A stretch of 64,000 nucleotides of DNA from Eukaryota sp. TZLM1-RC (Eukaryota > Protista > Metamonada: BaSk clade): the NCBI GenBank assembly GCA_040285825.1, contig JAUPSS010000006.1:1364001-1428000 (forward strand). The letters run 5' to 3'. Below the pieces are notes generated by a model. That model searched no databases, had not been told where the DNA came from, and saw only the letters and a program-made list of their open reading frames with translations. The position numbers were made by a program, and so were the translations under genes. This document shows positions 1 through 11,429 of the stretch, one piece after another. Every line of letters begins with the position of its first letter. Position 1 is the stretch's first letter.

Positions 1-332
1 AGTCTTAATATAGTCTTATTAATATATTTATATATGATTTTTTATAACTAATCATTTAAATAATTACTTTTTCGAAATGAAAAATGTGAAGCACTGTTAT
101 TATGGTGCAAGACAAGTCTGGTTTTTGTTTCCAAACATTGTGATAAGGACAACTACCATGTGAATACAGCAACTTCACAATTATTAGAAGATTTTTGTGG
201 GAAAAAAACGTCTGAGTGAATATTTGAGTTTTATCAATTCTATGATTAGTTTTATGATTAACATACCTAATACTTCAGTACTGACAATTTGTTACAAAGG
301 GTCAATGGACTGAGAAGAATTATTTTCCGATT

Positions 333-2135
333 GTGAAGGCTGTTTACATTATCTTGCACAGTGAAGAAACTGTTGAGATAGAGCCTTTGAAAACCAAGTT
401 AGCTGACCTCCCTAGTCTCCTTGATGTGAAGCCTTACCCTTATAAAATTAATCTCATTAGTGCCATGTCCTACTATTTAAATTTCGTACCAGATTTTCGT
501 GTTCATTATCTCTTTGATATAGCCTCGAAAAGATCTATTTGGATGATAGAGTTCTTCGTTAGTGACAAGCGCTTAATGATCAAGAATACAATTCCTATGC
601 TCTACAAAAACCTTATACAAACTTACTTCAGTCGCATTGAAAATAGGCCCGTTCATTTTCGAGACCTTGATAAAAGTCAAAAAGCCCATTTTCTGAAAAA
701 TTTTCCTTCAGTTTTGCCCAAATCAGTTTCGGAGACCCGTGGGTGTGCTGTTTTGTTCAATTCGGAGGAATTCACATCAATATTGCAACAGTATTCTCAT
801 TTTGTTTACAATTTGTTTGCATATCCGTTTGTAACGTATTTTGATACGGCATCTGAGTCGTTATTTAGTACTTATGAAGCACAACTTGTTCAGTTATCAA
901 ATATTAAAGCTGCACTACATGTTTCAGCCAGGGAAGATATCAATTGTGCTCCTAGTCAAGTTTCTCCTATTAATGGTAAACCTTGTTATGTTTATAAGAT
1001 GGATGCAAACTTTAATATGCGTAATTTAATCAAAATTTCATTTTGTCAATTATCAAACCTAATTTTCAATTTGTTAAATACTTACGATCCCATTGTCGAT
1101 TACCGCTTCCCTTTTAAACATGCGGCTCTCAATGGGCCTAATCAACATCTCTCCATCATTAATTTTCAACCTTTCGCCAGCGACGAAGATGCACTTCAAG
1201 CTCTAGAAAATTTTTTTCAAGGAGGTAGGGTACATCCAAGCCGTTTTTCTTATGAATGTGATCATTCAGTTCCAGTACATTCTGGAATGAAAAACATTTG
1301 CCAAGAATTTAGCGACTTATCACCAAAAGGAAAATATGTTACTTGCGTCCAACGGAAATCACCGTGTATTGGACTAACAACTGCTATTTATTTTGCATTA
1401 TCGAAATTAAACAATGTGGTTTGTTATCAATTGGAGAAATTTGTGTCTGATACCCCGGACAAAGTATATGAAAGTCTTATCTATATTAACAGTGTAGTTT
1501 TATTTTGTAAGGATTTGCCGTTGAACAATGTACACAAACTCATGAATACACTTAGCCAGAGACACTTTCAGTTTTTTCATTTGGTGTACATTGGAAACAA
1601 GTGACCGGCCTTGAAAGAAAGGATGTTTCGATACAAAAAATACACGTATGAAATGAATCTTTATAGAGACAATTTTATTTCTACTTTGAACAAACGTTGT
1701 GATCAATTAAACAAAAAACTAGGACGACATGTTGAAAAAGATTTCTTATATATAGGAATTGCATTATTTAAGAAGAATTTTTCCTTAGCTGAGACTACAG
1801 TTAAGAGTTTGCTCGATTCAATGTGGAAGAAACTGAACGATCGAGATAAAGGACTATTTCTATTTTATTGTCTTGTTTCGGTGACTGGGAAATCAGAACA
1901 ATTTCCCCTTGATTTATTCACTTCTGAAAGATTTCATTCTAATTTTGAAAAGTTGCCTTGTTTTAACAGAATTATTCTCCCTGCTGTTGGAGCTGGTACA
2001 GGTCTATTTTGTATAAATAGAACTAAAAAACGTCTGAGTGAATATTTGAGTTTTATCAATTCTATGATTAGTTTTATGATTAACATACCTAATACTTCAG
2101 TACTGACAATTTGTTACAAAGGGTCAATGGACTGA
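333..2135 (+). pseudogene. SAMD9-like STAND NTPase copy 1: 5'- and 3'-truncated, internal TGA at 1602-1604
   Basis: ORFs 333-1604 and 1611-2135 are in the same frame, split by TGA where most copies have TTA. Contains FFQGG, SPCIGLTT (Walker A-like) and VVLFCKD (Walker B-like). Starts at GTG and lacks the AlbA_2 E-x4-DLK segment. Confidence 0.65.
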
Positions 2136-2154
2136 GAAGAATTATTTTCCGATT

Positions 2155-3958
2155 GTGAAGGCTGTTTACATTATCTTGCACAGTGAAGAAACTGTTGAGA
2201 TAGAGCCTTTGAAAACCAAGTTAGCTGACCTCCCTAGTCTCCTTGATGTGAAGCCTTACCCTTATAAAATTAATCTCATTAGTGCCATGTCCTACTATTT
2301 AAATTTCGTACCAGATTTTCGTGTTCATTATCTCTTTGATATAGCCTCGAAAAGATCTATTTGGATGATAGAGTTCTTCGTTAGTGACAAGCGCTTAATG
2401 ATCAAGAATACAATTCCTATGCTCTACAAAAACCTTATACAAACTTACTTCAGTCGCATTGAAAATAGGCCCGTTCATTTTCGAGACCTTGATAAAAGTC
2501 AAAAAGCCCATTTTCTGAAAAATTTTCCTTCAGTTTTTGCCCAAATCAGTCTCGGAGACCCGTGGGTGTGCTGTTTTGTTCAATTCGGAGGAATTCACAT
2601 CAATATTGCAACAGTATTCTCATTTTGTTTACAATTTGTTTGCATATCCGTTTGTAACGTATTTTGATACGGCATCTGAGTCGTTATTTAGTACTTATGA
2701 AGCACAACTTGTTCAGTTATCAAATATTAAAGCTGCACTACATGTTTCAGCCAGGGAAGATATCAATTGTGCTCCTAGTCAAGTTTCTCCTATTAATGGT
2801 AAACCTTGTTATGTTTATAAGATGGATGCAAACTTTAATATGCGTAATTTAATCAAAATTTCATTTTGTCAATTATCAAACCTAATTTTCAATTTGTTAA
2901 ATACTTACGATCCCATTGTCGATTACCGCTTCCCTTTTAAACATGCGGCTCTCAATGGGCCTAATCAACATCTCTCCATCATTAATTTTCAACCTTTCGC
3001 CAGCGACGAAGATGCACTTCAAGCTCTAGAAAATTTTTTTCAAGGAGGTAGGGTACATCCAAGCCGTTTTTCTTATGAATGTGATCATTCAGTTCCAGTA
3101 CATTCTGGAATGAAAAACATTTGCCAAGAATTTAGCGACTTATCACCAAAAGGAAAATATGTTACTTGCGTCCAACGGAAATCACCGTGTATTGGACTAA
3201 CAACTGCTATTTATTTTGCATTATCGAAATTAAACAATGTGGTTTGTTATCAATTGGAGAAATTTGTGTCTGATACCCCGGACAAAGTATATGAAAGTCT
3301 TATCTATATTAACAGTGTAGTTTTATTTTGTAAGGATTTGCCGTTGAACAATGTACACAAACTCATGAATACACTTAGCCAGAGACACTTTCAGTTTTTT
3401 CATTTGGTGTACATTGGAAACAAGTGACCGGCCTTGAAAGAAAGGATGTTTCGATACAAAAAAATACACGTATGAAATGAATCTTTATAGAGACAATTTT
3501 ATTTCTACTTTGAACAAACGTTGTGATCAATTAAACAAAAAACTAGGACGACATGTTGAAAAGATTTCTTATATATAGGAATTGCATTATTTAAGAAGAA
3601 TTTTTCCTTAGCTGAGACTACAGTTAAGAGTTTGCTCGATTCAATGTGGAAGAAACTGAACGATCGAGATAAAGGACTATTTCTATTTTATTGTCTTGTT
3701 TCGGTGACTGGGAAATCAGAACAATTTCCCCTTGATTTATTCACTTCTGAAAGATTTCATTCTAATTTTGAAAAGTTGCCTTGTTTTAACAGAATTATTC
3801 TCCCTGCTGTTGGAGCTGGTACAGGTCTATTTTGTATAAATAGAACTAAAAAACGTCTGAGTGAATATTTGAGTTTTATCAATTCTATGATTAGTTTTAT
3901 GATTAACATACCTAATACTTCAGTACTGACAATTTGTTACAAAGGGTCAATGGACTGA
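2155..3958 (+). pseudogene. SAMD9-like copy 2: doubly truncated unit, TGA at 3425-3427
   Basis: Near-identical to copy 1, including the nonsense codon. Additional shifts fall in homopolymers. Confidence 0.65.
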
Positions 3959-3977
3959 GAAGAATTATTTTCCGATT

Positions 3978-5786
3978 GTGAAGGCTGTTTACATTATCTT
4001 GCACAGTGAAGAAACTGTTGAGATAGAGCCTTTGAAAACCAAGTTAGCTGACCTCCCTAGTCTCCTTGATGTGAAGCCTTACCCTTATAAAATTAATCTC
4101 ATTAGTGCCATGTCCTACTATTTAAATTTCGTACCAGATTTTCGTGTTCATTATCTCTTTGATATAGCCTCGAAAAAGATCTATTTGGATGATAGAGTTC
4201 TTCGTTAGTGACAAGCGCTTAATGATCAAGAATACAATTCCTATGCTCTACAAAAACCTTATACAAACTTACTTCAGTCGCATTGAAAATAGGCCCGTTC
4301 ATTTTCGAGACCTTGATAAAAAGTCAAAAAGCCCATTTTCTGAAAAATTTTCCTTCAGTTTTGCCCAAATCAGTCTCGGAGACCCGTGGGTGTGCTGTTT
4401 TGTTCAATTCGGAGGAATTCACATCAATATTGCAACAGTATTCTCATTTTGTTTTACAATTTGTTTGCATATCCGTTTGTAACGTATTTTGATACGGCAT
4501 CTGAGTCGTTATTTAGTACTTATGAAGCACAACTTGTTCAGTTATCAAATATTAAAGCTGCACTACATGTTTCAGCCAGGGAAGATATCAATTGTGCTCC
4601 TAGTCAAGTTTCTCCTATTAATGGTAAACCTTGTTATGTTTATAAGATGGATGCAAACTTTAATATGCGTAATTTAATCAAAATTTCATTTTGTCAATTA
4701 TCAAACCTAATTTTCAATTTGTTAAATACTTACGATCCCATTGTCGATTACCGCTTCCCTTTTAAACATGCGGCTCTCAATGGGCCTAATCAACATCTCT
4801 CCGTCATTAATTTTCAACCTTTCGCCAGCGACGAAGATGCACTTCAAGCTCTAGAAAATTTTTTTCAAGGAGGTAGGGTACATCCAAGCCGTTTTTCTTA
4901 TGAATGTGATCATTCAGTTCCAGTACATTCTGGAATGAAAAACATTTGCCAAGAATTTAGCGACTTATCACCAAAAGGAAAATATGTTACTTGCGTCCAA
5001 CGGAAATCACCGTGTATTGGACTAACAACTGCTATTTATTTTTGCATTATCGAAATTAAACAATGTGGTTTGTTATCAATTGGAGAAATTTGTGTCTGAT
5101 ACCCCCGGACAAAGTATATGAAAGTCTTATCTATATTAACAGTGTAGTTTTATTTTGTAAGGATTTGCCGTTGAACAATGTACACAAACTCATGAATACA
5201 CTTAGCCAGAGACACTTTCAGTTTTTTTCATTTGGTGTACATTGGAAACAAGTTACCGGCCTTGAAAGAAAGGATGTTTCGATACAAAAAAATACACGTA
5301 TGAAATGAATCTTTATAGAGACAATTTTATTTCTACTTTGAACAAACGTTGTGATCAATTAAACAAAAAACTAGGACGACATGTTGAAAAAGATTTCTTA
5401 TATATAGGAATTGCATTATTTAAGAAGAATTTTTCCTTAGCTGAGACTACAGTTAAGAGTTTGCTCGATTCAATGTGGAAGAAACTGAACGATCGAGATA
5501 AAGGACTATTTCTATTTTATTGTCTTGTTTCGGTGACTGGGAAATCAGAACAATTTCCCCTTGATTTATTCACTTCTGAAAGATTTCATTCTAATTTTGA
5601 AAAGTTGCCTTGTTTTAACAGAATTATTCTCCCTGCTGTTGGAGCTGGTACAGGTCTATTTTGTTAAATAGAACTAAAAAACGTCTGAGTGAATATTTGA
5701 GTTTTATCAATTCTATGATTAGTTTTATGATTAACATACCTAATACTTCAGTACTGACAATTTGTTACAAAGGGTCAATGGACTGA
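3978..5786 (+). pseudogene. SAMD9-like copy 3: doubly truncated unit
   Basis: Same unit with TTA at the variable codon. Fragmented mainly by single-base indels, mostly in homopolymers. Confidence 0.6.
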
Positions 5787-5805
5787 GAAGAATTATTTTC
5801 CGATT

Positions 5806-8800
5806 GTGAAGGCTGTTTACATTATCTTGCACAGTGAAGAAACTGTTGAGATAGAGCCTTTGAAAACCAAGTTAGCTGACCTCCCTAGTCTCCTTGATGT
5901 GAAGCCTTACCCTTATAAAATTAATCTCATTAGTGCCATGTCCTACTATTTAAATTTCGTACCAGATTTTCGTGTTCATTATCTCTTTGATATAGCCTCG
6001 AAAAGATCTATTTGGATGATAGAGTTCTTCGTTAGTGACAAGCGCTTAATGATCAAGAATACAATTCCTATGCTCTACAAAAACCTTATACAAACTTACT
6101 TCAGTCGCATTGAAAATAGGCCCGTTCATTTTCGAGACCTTGATAAAAGTCAAAAAGCCCATTTTCTGAAAAATTTTCCTTCAGTTTTGCCCAAATCAGT
6201 CTCGGAGACCCGTGGGTGTGCTGTTTTGTTCAATTCGGAGGAATTCACATCAATATTGCAACAGTATTCTCATTTTGTTTACAATTTGTTTGCATATCCG
6301 TTTGTAACGTATTTTGATACGGCATCTGAGTCGTTATTTAGTACTTATGAAGCACAACTTGTTCAGTTATCAAATATTAAAGCTGCACTACATGTTTCAG
6401 CCAGGGAAGATATCAATTGTGCTCCTAGTCAAGTTTCTCCTATTAATGGTAAACCTTGTTATGTTTATAAGATGGATGCAAACTTTAATATGCGTAATTT
6501 AATCAAAATTTCATTTTGTCAATTATCAAACCTAATTTTCAATTTGTTAAATACTTACGATCCCATTGTCGATTACCGCTTCCCTTTTAAACATGCGGCT
6601 CTCAATGGGCCTAATCAACATCTCTCTGTCATTAATTTTCAACCTTTCGTCAGCGACGAAGATGCACTTCAAGCTCTAGAAATTTTTTTTCAAGGAGGTA
6701 GGGTACATCCAAGCCGTTTTTCTTATGAATGTGATCATTCAGTTCCAGTACATTCTGGAATGAAAAACATTTGCCAAGAATTTAGCGACTTATCACCAAA
6801 AGGAAAATATGTTACTTGCGTCCAACGGAAATCACCGTGTATTGGACTAACAACTGCTATTTATTTTGCATTATCGAAATTAAACAATGTGGTTTGTTAT
6901 CAATTGGAGAAATTTGTGTCTGATACCCCGGACAAAGTATATGAAAGTCTTATCTATATTAACAGTGTAGTTCTATTTTGTAAGGATTTGCCGTTGAACA
7001 ATGTACACAAACTCATGAATACACTTAGCCAGAGACACTTTGAGTTTTTTCATTTGGTGTACATTGGAAACAAGTTACCGGCCTTGAAAGAAAGGATGTT
7101 TCGATACAAAAAATACACGTATGAAATGAATCTTTATAGAGACAATTTTATTTCTACTTTGAACAAACGTTGTGATCAATTAAACAAAAACTAGGACGAC
7201 ATGTTGAAAAGATTTCTTATATATAGGAATTGCATTATTTAAGAAGAATTTTTCCTTAGCTGAGACTACAGTTAAGAGTTTGCTCGATTCAATGTGGAAG
7301 AAACTGAACGATCGAGATAAAGGACTATTTCTATTTTATTGTCTTGTTTCGGTGACTGGGAAATCAGAACAATTTCCCCTTGATTTATTCACTTCTGAAA
7401 GATTTCATTCTAATTTTGAAAAGTTGCCTTGTTTTAACAGAATTATTCTCCCTGCTGTTGGAGCTGGTACAGGTCTATTTTGTATAAATAGAACTGTTGC
7501 TGAAATAATTTGTTCTTCTTCAACCAACTCTGGCGAATCAACTATTATGAATGCTTTTCGTCTTCTTTGGGATTCTGGAAGCGAAGCATGGTTTCATTCT
7601 GTTTTTATAAAGGTTATTCGCAAGTTATTTCTTAATCGAAGAGGTAAAATTAAAATTCAACCAAAAGATGCTTTTGATCTCTATTTTTTTAATCCGATGT
7701 ACTAGCGAAAATCTTCCTTCAGAATTATTATATAGTCAGCTTCAATGTTCGTTTTTGAAAATTTGTGCAAAGAGGGATTCGAAGTTGAAAAACTTATAGA
7801 TGAAGCCATTTGTATTTTTTTAACAACAGTGGCAAAATTGTTGAAAAATTTGGAGATTACGATGTGCCTGAAGGTTTTGTTAAAGAACGTCAAATTTCTC
7901 AGTTCTTCACTATTCTAGGGGATACATTCCGTTATTTTGCTCAAAATTTGCATTCCAGGAGAGCACACTGTTTGGATCTCTCGTTGATTTCCTATCAACA
8001 GGCATTGGCTGAGGATTCCGGGTCTACTTTTGCAGCGCATGGATTTTTATTGACATATTGTTGTTGTTATTTTTCGGGTAGAAATGATTTGGCTAACTGT
8101 TTTTCCACCAGCGAGTATCTCACACATGAGTTATTTATTTCTTTAGTTGAAAAATCCCCAGATTCCGTCCTTCAATTTGATTCATGGTTTACGAGTATGG
8201 GAGAATTTTTGCTGTCTCACAGTTTTGAAGCATTGTCTGATGATGAGCAACTAGCAGTTGGTAGAATATGGTCTTTTTTCTTCATAAGTAAGATGTTATC
8301 TTTTGACGATCGAAATTTGGTTTGGGATAATGATACTGTTGCTGAGTATATCAAAATTCCTCAATCGCGACTATTGTTGCAACATGATGAAGATGATGAT
8401 AATTCAGATTGTTTTACATTGGCAACTGTTGTGGAGAAAGACCACCGAAATCTATCTTTAGAGGCAGCTACTCTGTTTCTTTACGGTGAAACTGATTGTG
8501 AATCTGTATTTAATAATTTGGAAGATGTTTTTCACTAGTAGTAGTAGTAAAAACTGTACACTAACTACAATGCTCCAATTATATTTTTAAGCCTGATTTA
8601 TTCCGATCCAAGAATTTCAACATTGTTCTTATTGATGACCAATTTATAAATCAACAATCCTGTTATCTTGAACTAAGAGATTCCAAATATAGGCTGTGTA
8701 AGGCACAGCAGGATTCTTACATGTTCATGCCAGCTGCGTTGACCAAAGACAGTGTAGGCAGCATGAATGTGAGAACTCTATCAAATGACCAATTGCCCGT

Positions 8801-8900
8801 CACAGTATTTTTGTGATTCAAATGCTATTATTATTTTCTCCAAAAATAAACCCTACCTTAAAATTTCACCAAAAACCCTGTGATTGTTTTATTAAGGTAG
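5806..8900 (+). CDS. SAMD9-like copy 4: lacks the AlbA_2 N-half, has complete NTPase-WHD-TPR-OB C-terminus
   Basis: ORFs 5806-7194, 7280-7705 and 7810-8538 join across homopolymer shifts. The frame continues through FKPDLFRSKNFNIVLIDD...QQSCYLELRD...YMFMPA...AIIIFSKNKPYLKI to TAG at 8898-8900. Confidence 0.6.
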
Positions 8901-9074
8901 ATGAGTCTATTTAAAAAGCTTAGTTTTTGTTTATATTTGAAAAACCCTGCTGTTTTCACAACTTCCACAATGTTTCAGAACATATGCATGAACCATTGCG
9001 AATGAGTTTTCATCGGTTACCTTATCTTATATTTGTTGTTATATGTTATAGACTATTTTATTTTTTTGCATAAA

Positions 9075-9383
9075 TATGTTTTGAACATTCCTATTGATCA
9101 ATTATCACTAAAAAGTGTATTCAAATTCACCACAGCTCACTTTGCATCATGCTCTGAATTGTTCGGAATTGATAACTGATTGTTCTTCATAACATGATGC
9201 TGTTAGAGGCACTGTGTTCAATATGGCATGAACTGCCTGAATCTGGTGTATTAAAGAGCCTCTGGTGAAAGATGAACTGTCATTGAATATTTTTAGTTGA
9301 TGACAGGGGTGATATATAATGCGATAGGGTTGCGGACTCTAAAGCTGCTGTTGACGTTGTCTTCTGTAATGTGCCAAATGAGA
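9075..9383 (+). mobile_element. Degraded CCHC zinc knuckle/RLE fragment of a CRE-like non-LTR retrotransposon
   Basis: Hand translation LNIPIDQL..SNSPQLTLHHALNCSELIT..HDAVRGTVFNMA..CIKEPLVK..DDRGDI*CD..AVDVVFCNVPNE, with stops. It is a diverged inverted paralogue of ~11660-11975 and is present in each spacer copy. Confidence 0.8.
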
Positions 9384-9518
9384 ATTAGTTTTTTTGTCAA
9401 TTTGAATTTTTATTAAGTGTTGTAGTTCAATAAAACAATTCAATTATGTAAGGAGGTTGAAACAATTTTTCTTCTTATTGTTACAAATATTTGTTGCGAA
9501 ACTCTTTTTGAGGAAATT
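9383..9518 (+). repeat. ~135-bp diverged direct repeat of 12971-13111
   Basis: Shared blocks AATTAGTTTTTTTGTCAATTT, TTAAGTGTTGTAGTT, AATTCAATTATGT, GGAGGTTGAAACAATTTTT and GAAACTCTTTT. Confidence 0.85.
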
Positions 9519-9999
9519 CAGCAATTGACACATGGTTATAAAACACGAGATCACAATCCAAGGAATAAATTGGATTTGTTGAGTTGGCATTCATCTTAAT
9601 GAATGTTTAGTGGAATTACTTCTTATTAATTAATACTAAGTAATATTTTTTTGTAGTTTCCATTTTACAGGATTATAAAGATTGACTGGAGTTTGCTCAG
9701 TTGGGTTTTTTTCTGTAGTTATAAAAACATAATTCATTTTGAGTCAAAATCAAAAATATTTCTTGTATTTCAGTACCCAGACTTAATAGCACTCAATTTA
9801 TTGAACCAACATTCCCTGTGTTTTTTTGAAATGAACTGAGGAGAGAATGAAACACAAATTTCAAATTATGAGCCATTTTGATAGAGCATCAGCACTTGAA
9901 TGAGTAAATCGTATATGTGTAATTACGGGTAATGTTGCTTTCTAAATAATTATTTTTAAATGAATTAACGTTTAAAGATTACGGTTAACTTTATAGAAC

Positions 10000-10635
10000 A
10001 TCTTCAATTTAGATTTTAAGAATGCTTTCAATTCTGTATCTCGTTCTTCCATTTTACCTTTGCTGCAAAAGCATTTTCCTGAAGTTGAGCCTTTTTTTCT
10101 ATTCATTTTATGGAAAATCATCCACATTGGTCTATGAAAACTTTGACCTGTTTTCGTCTTCAGGTGTTAAACAAGGTGATCCACTTGGTCCTTTTTTTCT
10201 TTTTGTCTGGCAATTCATCCATTAATGTGCGAATTGAAAGAAAAATTCCCAGAAATAGATATTGTAGCATATATGGATGACATTTCTGTAATTTTAACGC
10301 CGAAAAAAAGAAGATAAAAAAATATGAAGAACCTTTGGCACAGTTAGGTAGAGTGGAACATGTGAAATATCAGTTTGTGCCGTTTGCAATTTCTCTTTTT
10401 GGCAATATTGGACCTTCAGGGTTGCACTTTTTGAAAATTTCAAAAAGTGTTACTGAATAGGTCTGGTAAAACAATGAACTCCACTTTCTGGATAAATAGA
10501 ATTGTTTTCTGCATTTTCAAGTCTATTCCAACATTGATTTCAAAGGCGCTTTTAGCTATTGGTGTAGAATATGAACGTAATGCTGTGAGTAGGTTCAGTA
10601 ATAGTGACGCTTGTTTGGAGGATATTGAATTCTAG
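10000..10635 (+). mobile_element. Internally deleted CRE-like non-LTR retrotransposon: RT motifs 3-5 fused to the RLE C-terminal tail
   Basis: LDFKNAFNSVSR, SGVKQGDPLGP and VAYMDD are followed directly by KKIKKY..FVPFAISLFGNIG..FWINRIVF. An A-rich 3' end with AATAAA follows the stop. Confidence 0.9.
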
Positions 10636-11194
10636 ATGGTTTTTTTATCTCAATAATTATTCCAGTTTTTAAAAATAAATTAAAGTATTATAAAATTTTT
10701 TTTATAGAACTATTTACAATAATTAATCACAAATTGATATCAATACATTCCCTCTACCACGATACTGAAAGTTTTTGTTTTTTTGAACTGGGTCCATCCA
10801 AACAGTGATCAGTTGGTGATACAATTTTGTTATGGTTTTTGTGCTGTTGCCAGCATAAATTTTGCTTATTAAAAAGACGGCTTAACCTCAAGGAAATTGT
10901 GTAAATTTTTTTATTAATTGAGAAACAGAATTATGTATATGGGTTGATGAAAAATTCTTCCAGTATTTCCTCAAATGAGATATTTTTGTTCAATAAGTAC
11001 TGTGCAAATACTGTAATAAATATGAATATAATATACTATATATAATAATTATATTGTGCAACCTTGCCAATCCAAATGTCTTTAATATAAAGTCTTGGAT
11101 CATTTGTTTTAAGCTTATTTATTGAACTCAATCAATCAACCTGTGTCGTCTAGTATGGGAAATATATGGTTTTGAATGCTCAATACAAAAACGA

Positions 11195-11268
11195 CTGATC
11201 AGAAAAATCGAATGTACGACCACTTTCTTTTGAGAAGATTTCCTAAATCATTTGAAAAATTGAGATCT
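11195..11268 (-). mobile_element. Short RLE-tail fragment, paralogue of 13290-13355
   Basis: Minus-strand translation DLNFSNDLGNLLKESGRTFDF. Both sites share the DNA GAATGTACGACCACTTTCT..GAGAAGATTTCCTAAATCAT..AATTGAGATCT. Confidence 0.7.
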
Positions 11269-11429
11269 AAAAAAATGGCCGTGTTCTTCCTGATGCCCAA
11301 GAAGCAAAAATCTTGTTCAGTTCTTCAACTGCTTATTCTTCCTCCTGTAAGGTTTTTAACTGCACTATTTTCGGTCTTTCGTTTCCTTTTTTTCAATGGT
11401 CACATCATTCTGAAGCAGATGAATCGAAT

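Larger units (their letters stand above)
203..7495 (+). repeat. Four head-to-tail ~1.82-kb units (203-2024, 2025-3847, 3848-5675, 5676-7495)
   Basis: The junction AATAGAACT|AAAAAACGTCTGAG is at 2024, 3847 and 5675. The fourth unit continues into GTTGCTGAAAT instead. The same junction recurs at 19585, 33651 and 43919. Confidence 0.97.

Noticed and set aside
841-1029. Recurrent small ORFs such as MIRHLSRYL and the minus-strand MITTFVQS
   Set aside because: Shadow frames of the main gene. They recur only because the DNA is repeated.
1602-1604. TGA recoding (alternative genetic code or selenocysteine)
   Set aside because: The other 12 copies have TTA (Leu) here and Trp is encoded by TGG, so a nonsense SNP is the simpler explanation.
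10000-10635. RT interpreted as a DGR, retron or group II intron RT diversifying the repeated gene
   Set aside because: The motifs and RLE tail are of non-LTR type, the RT is incomplete, and differences between gene copies are not adenine-specific.
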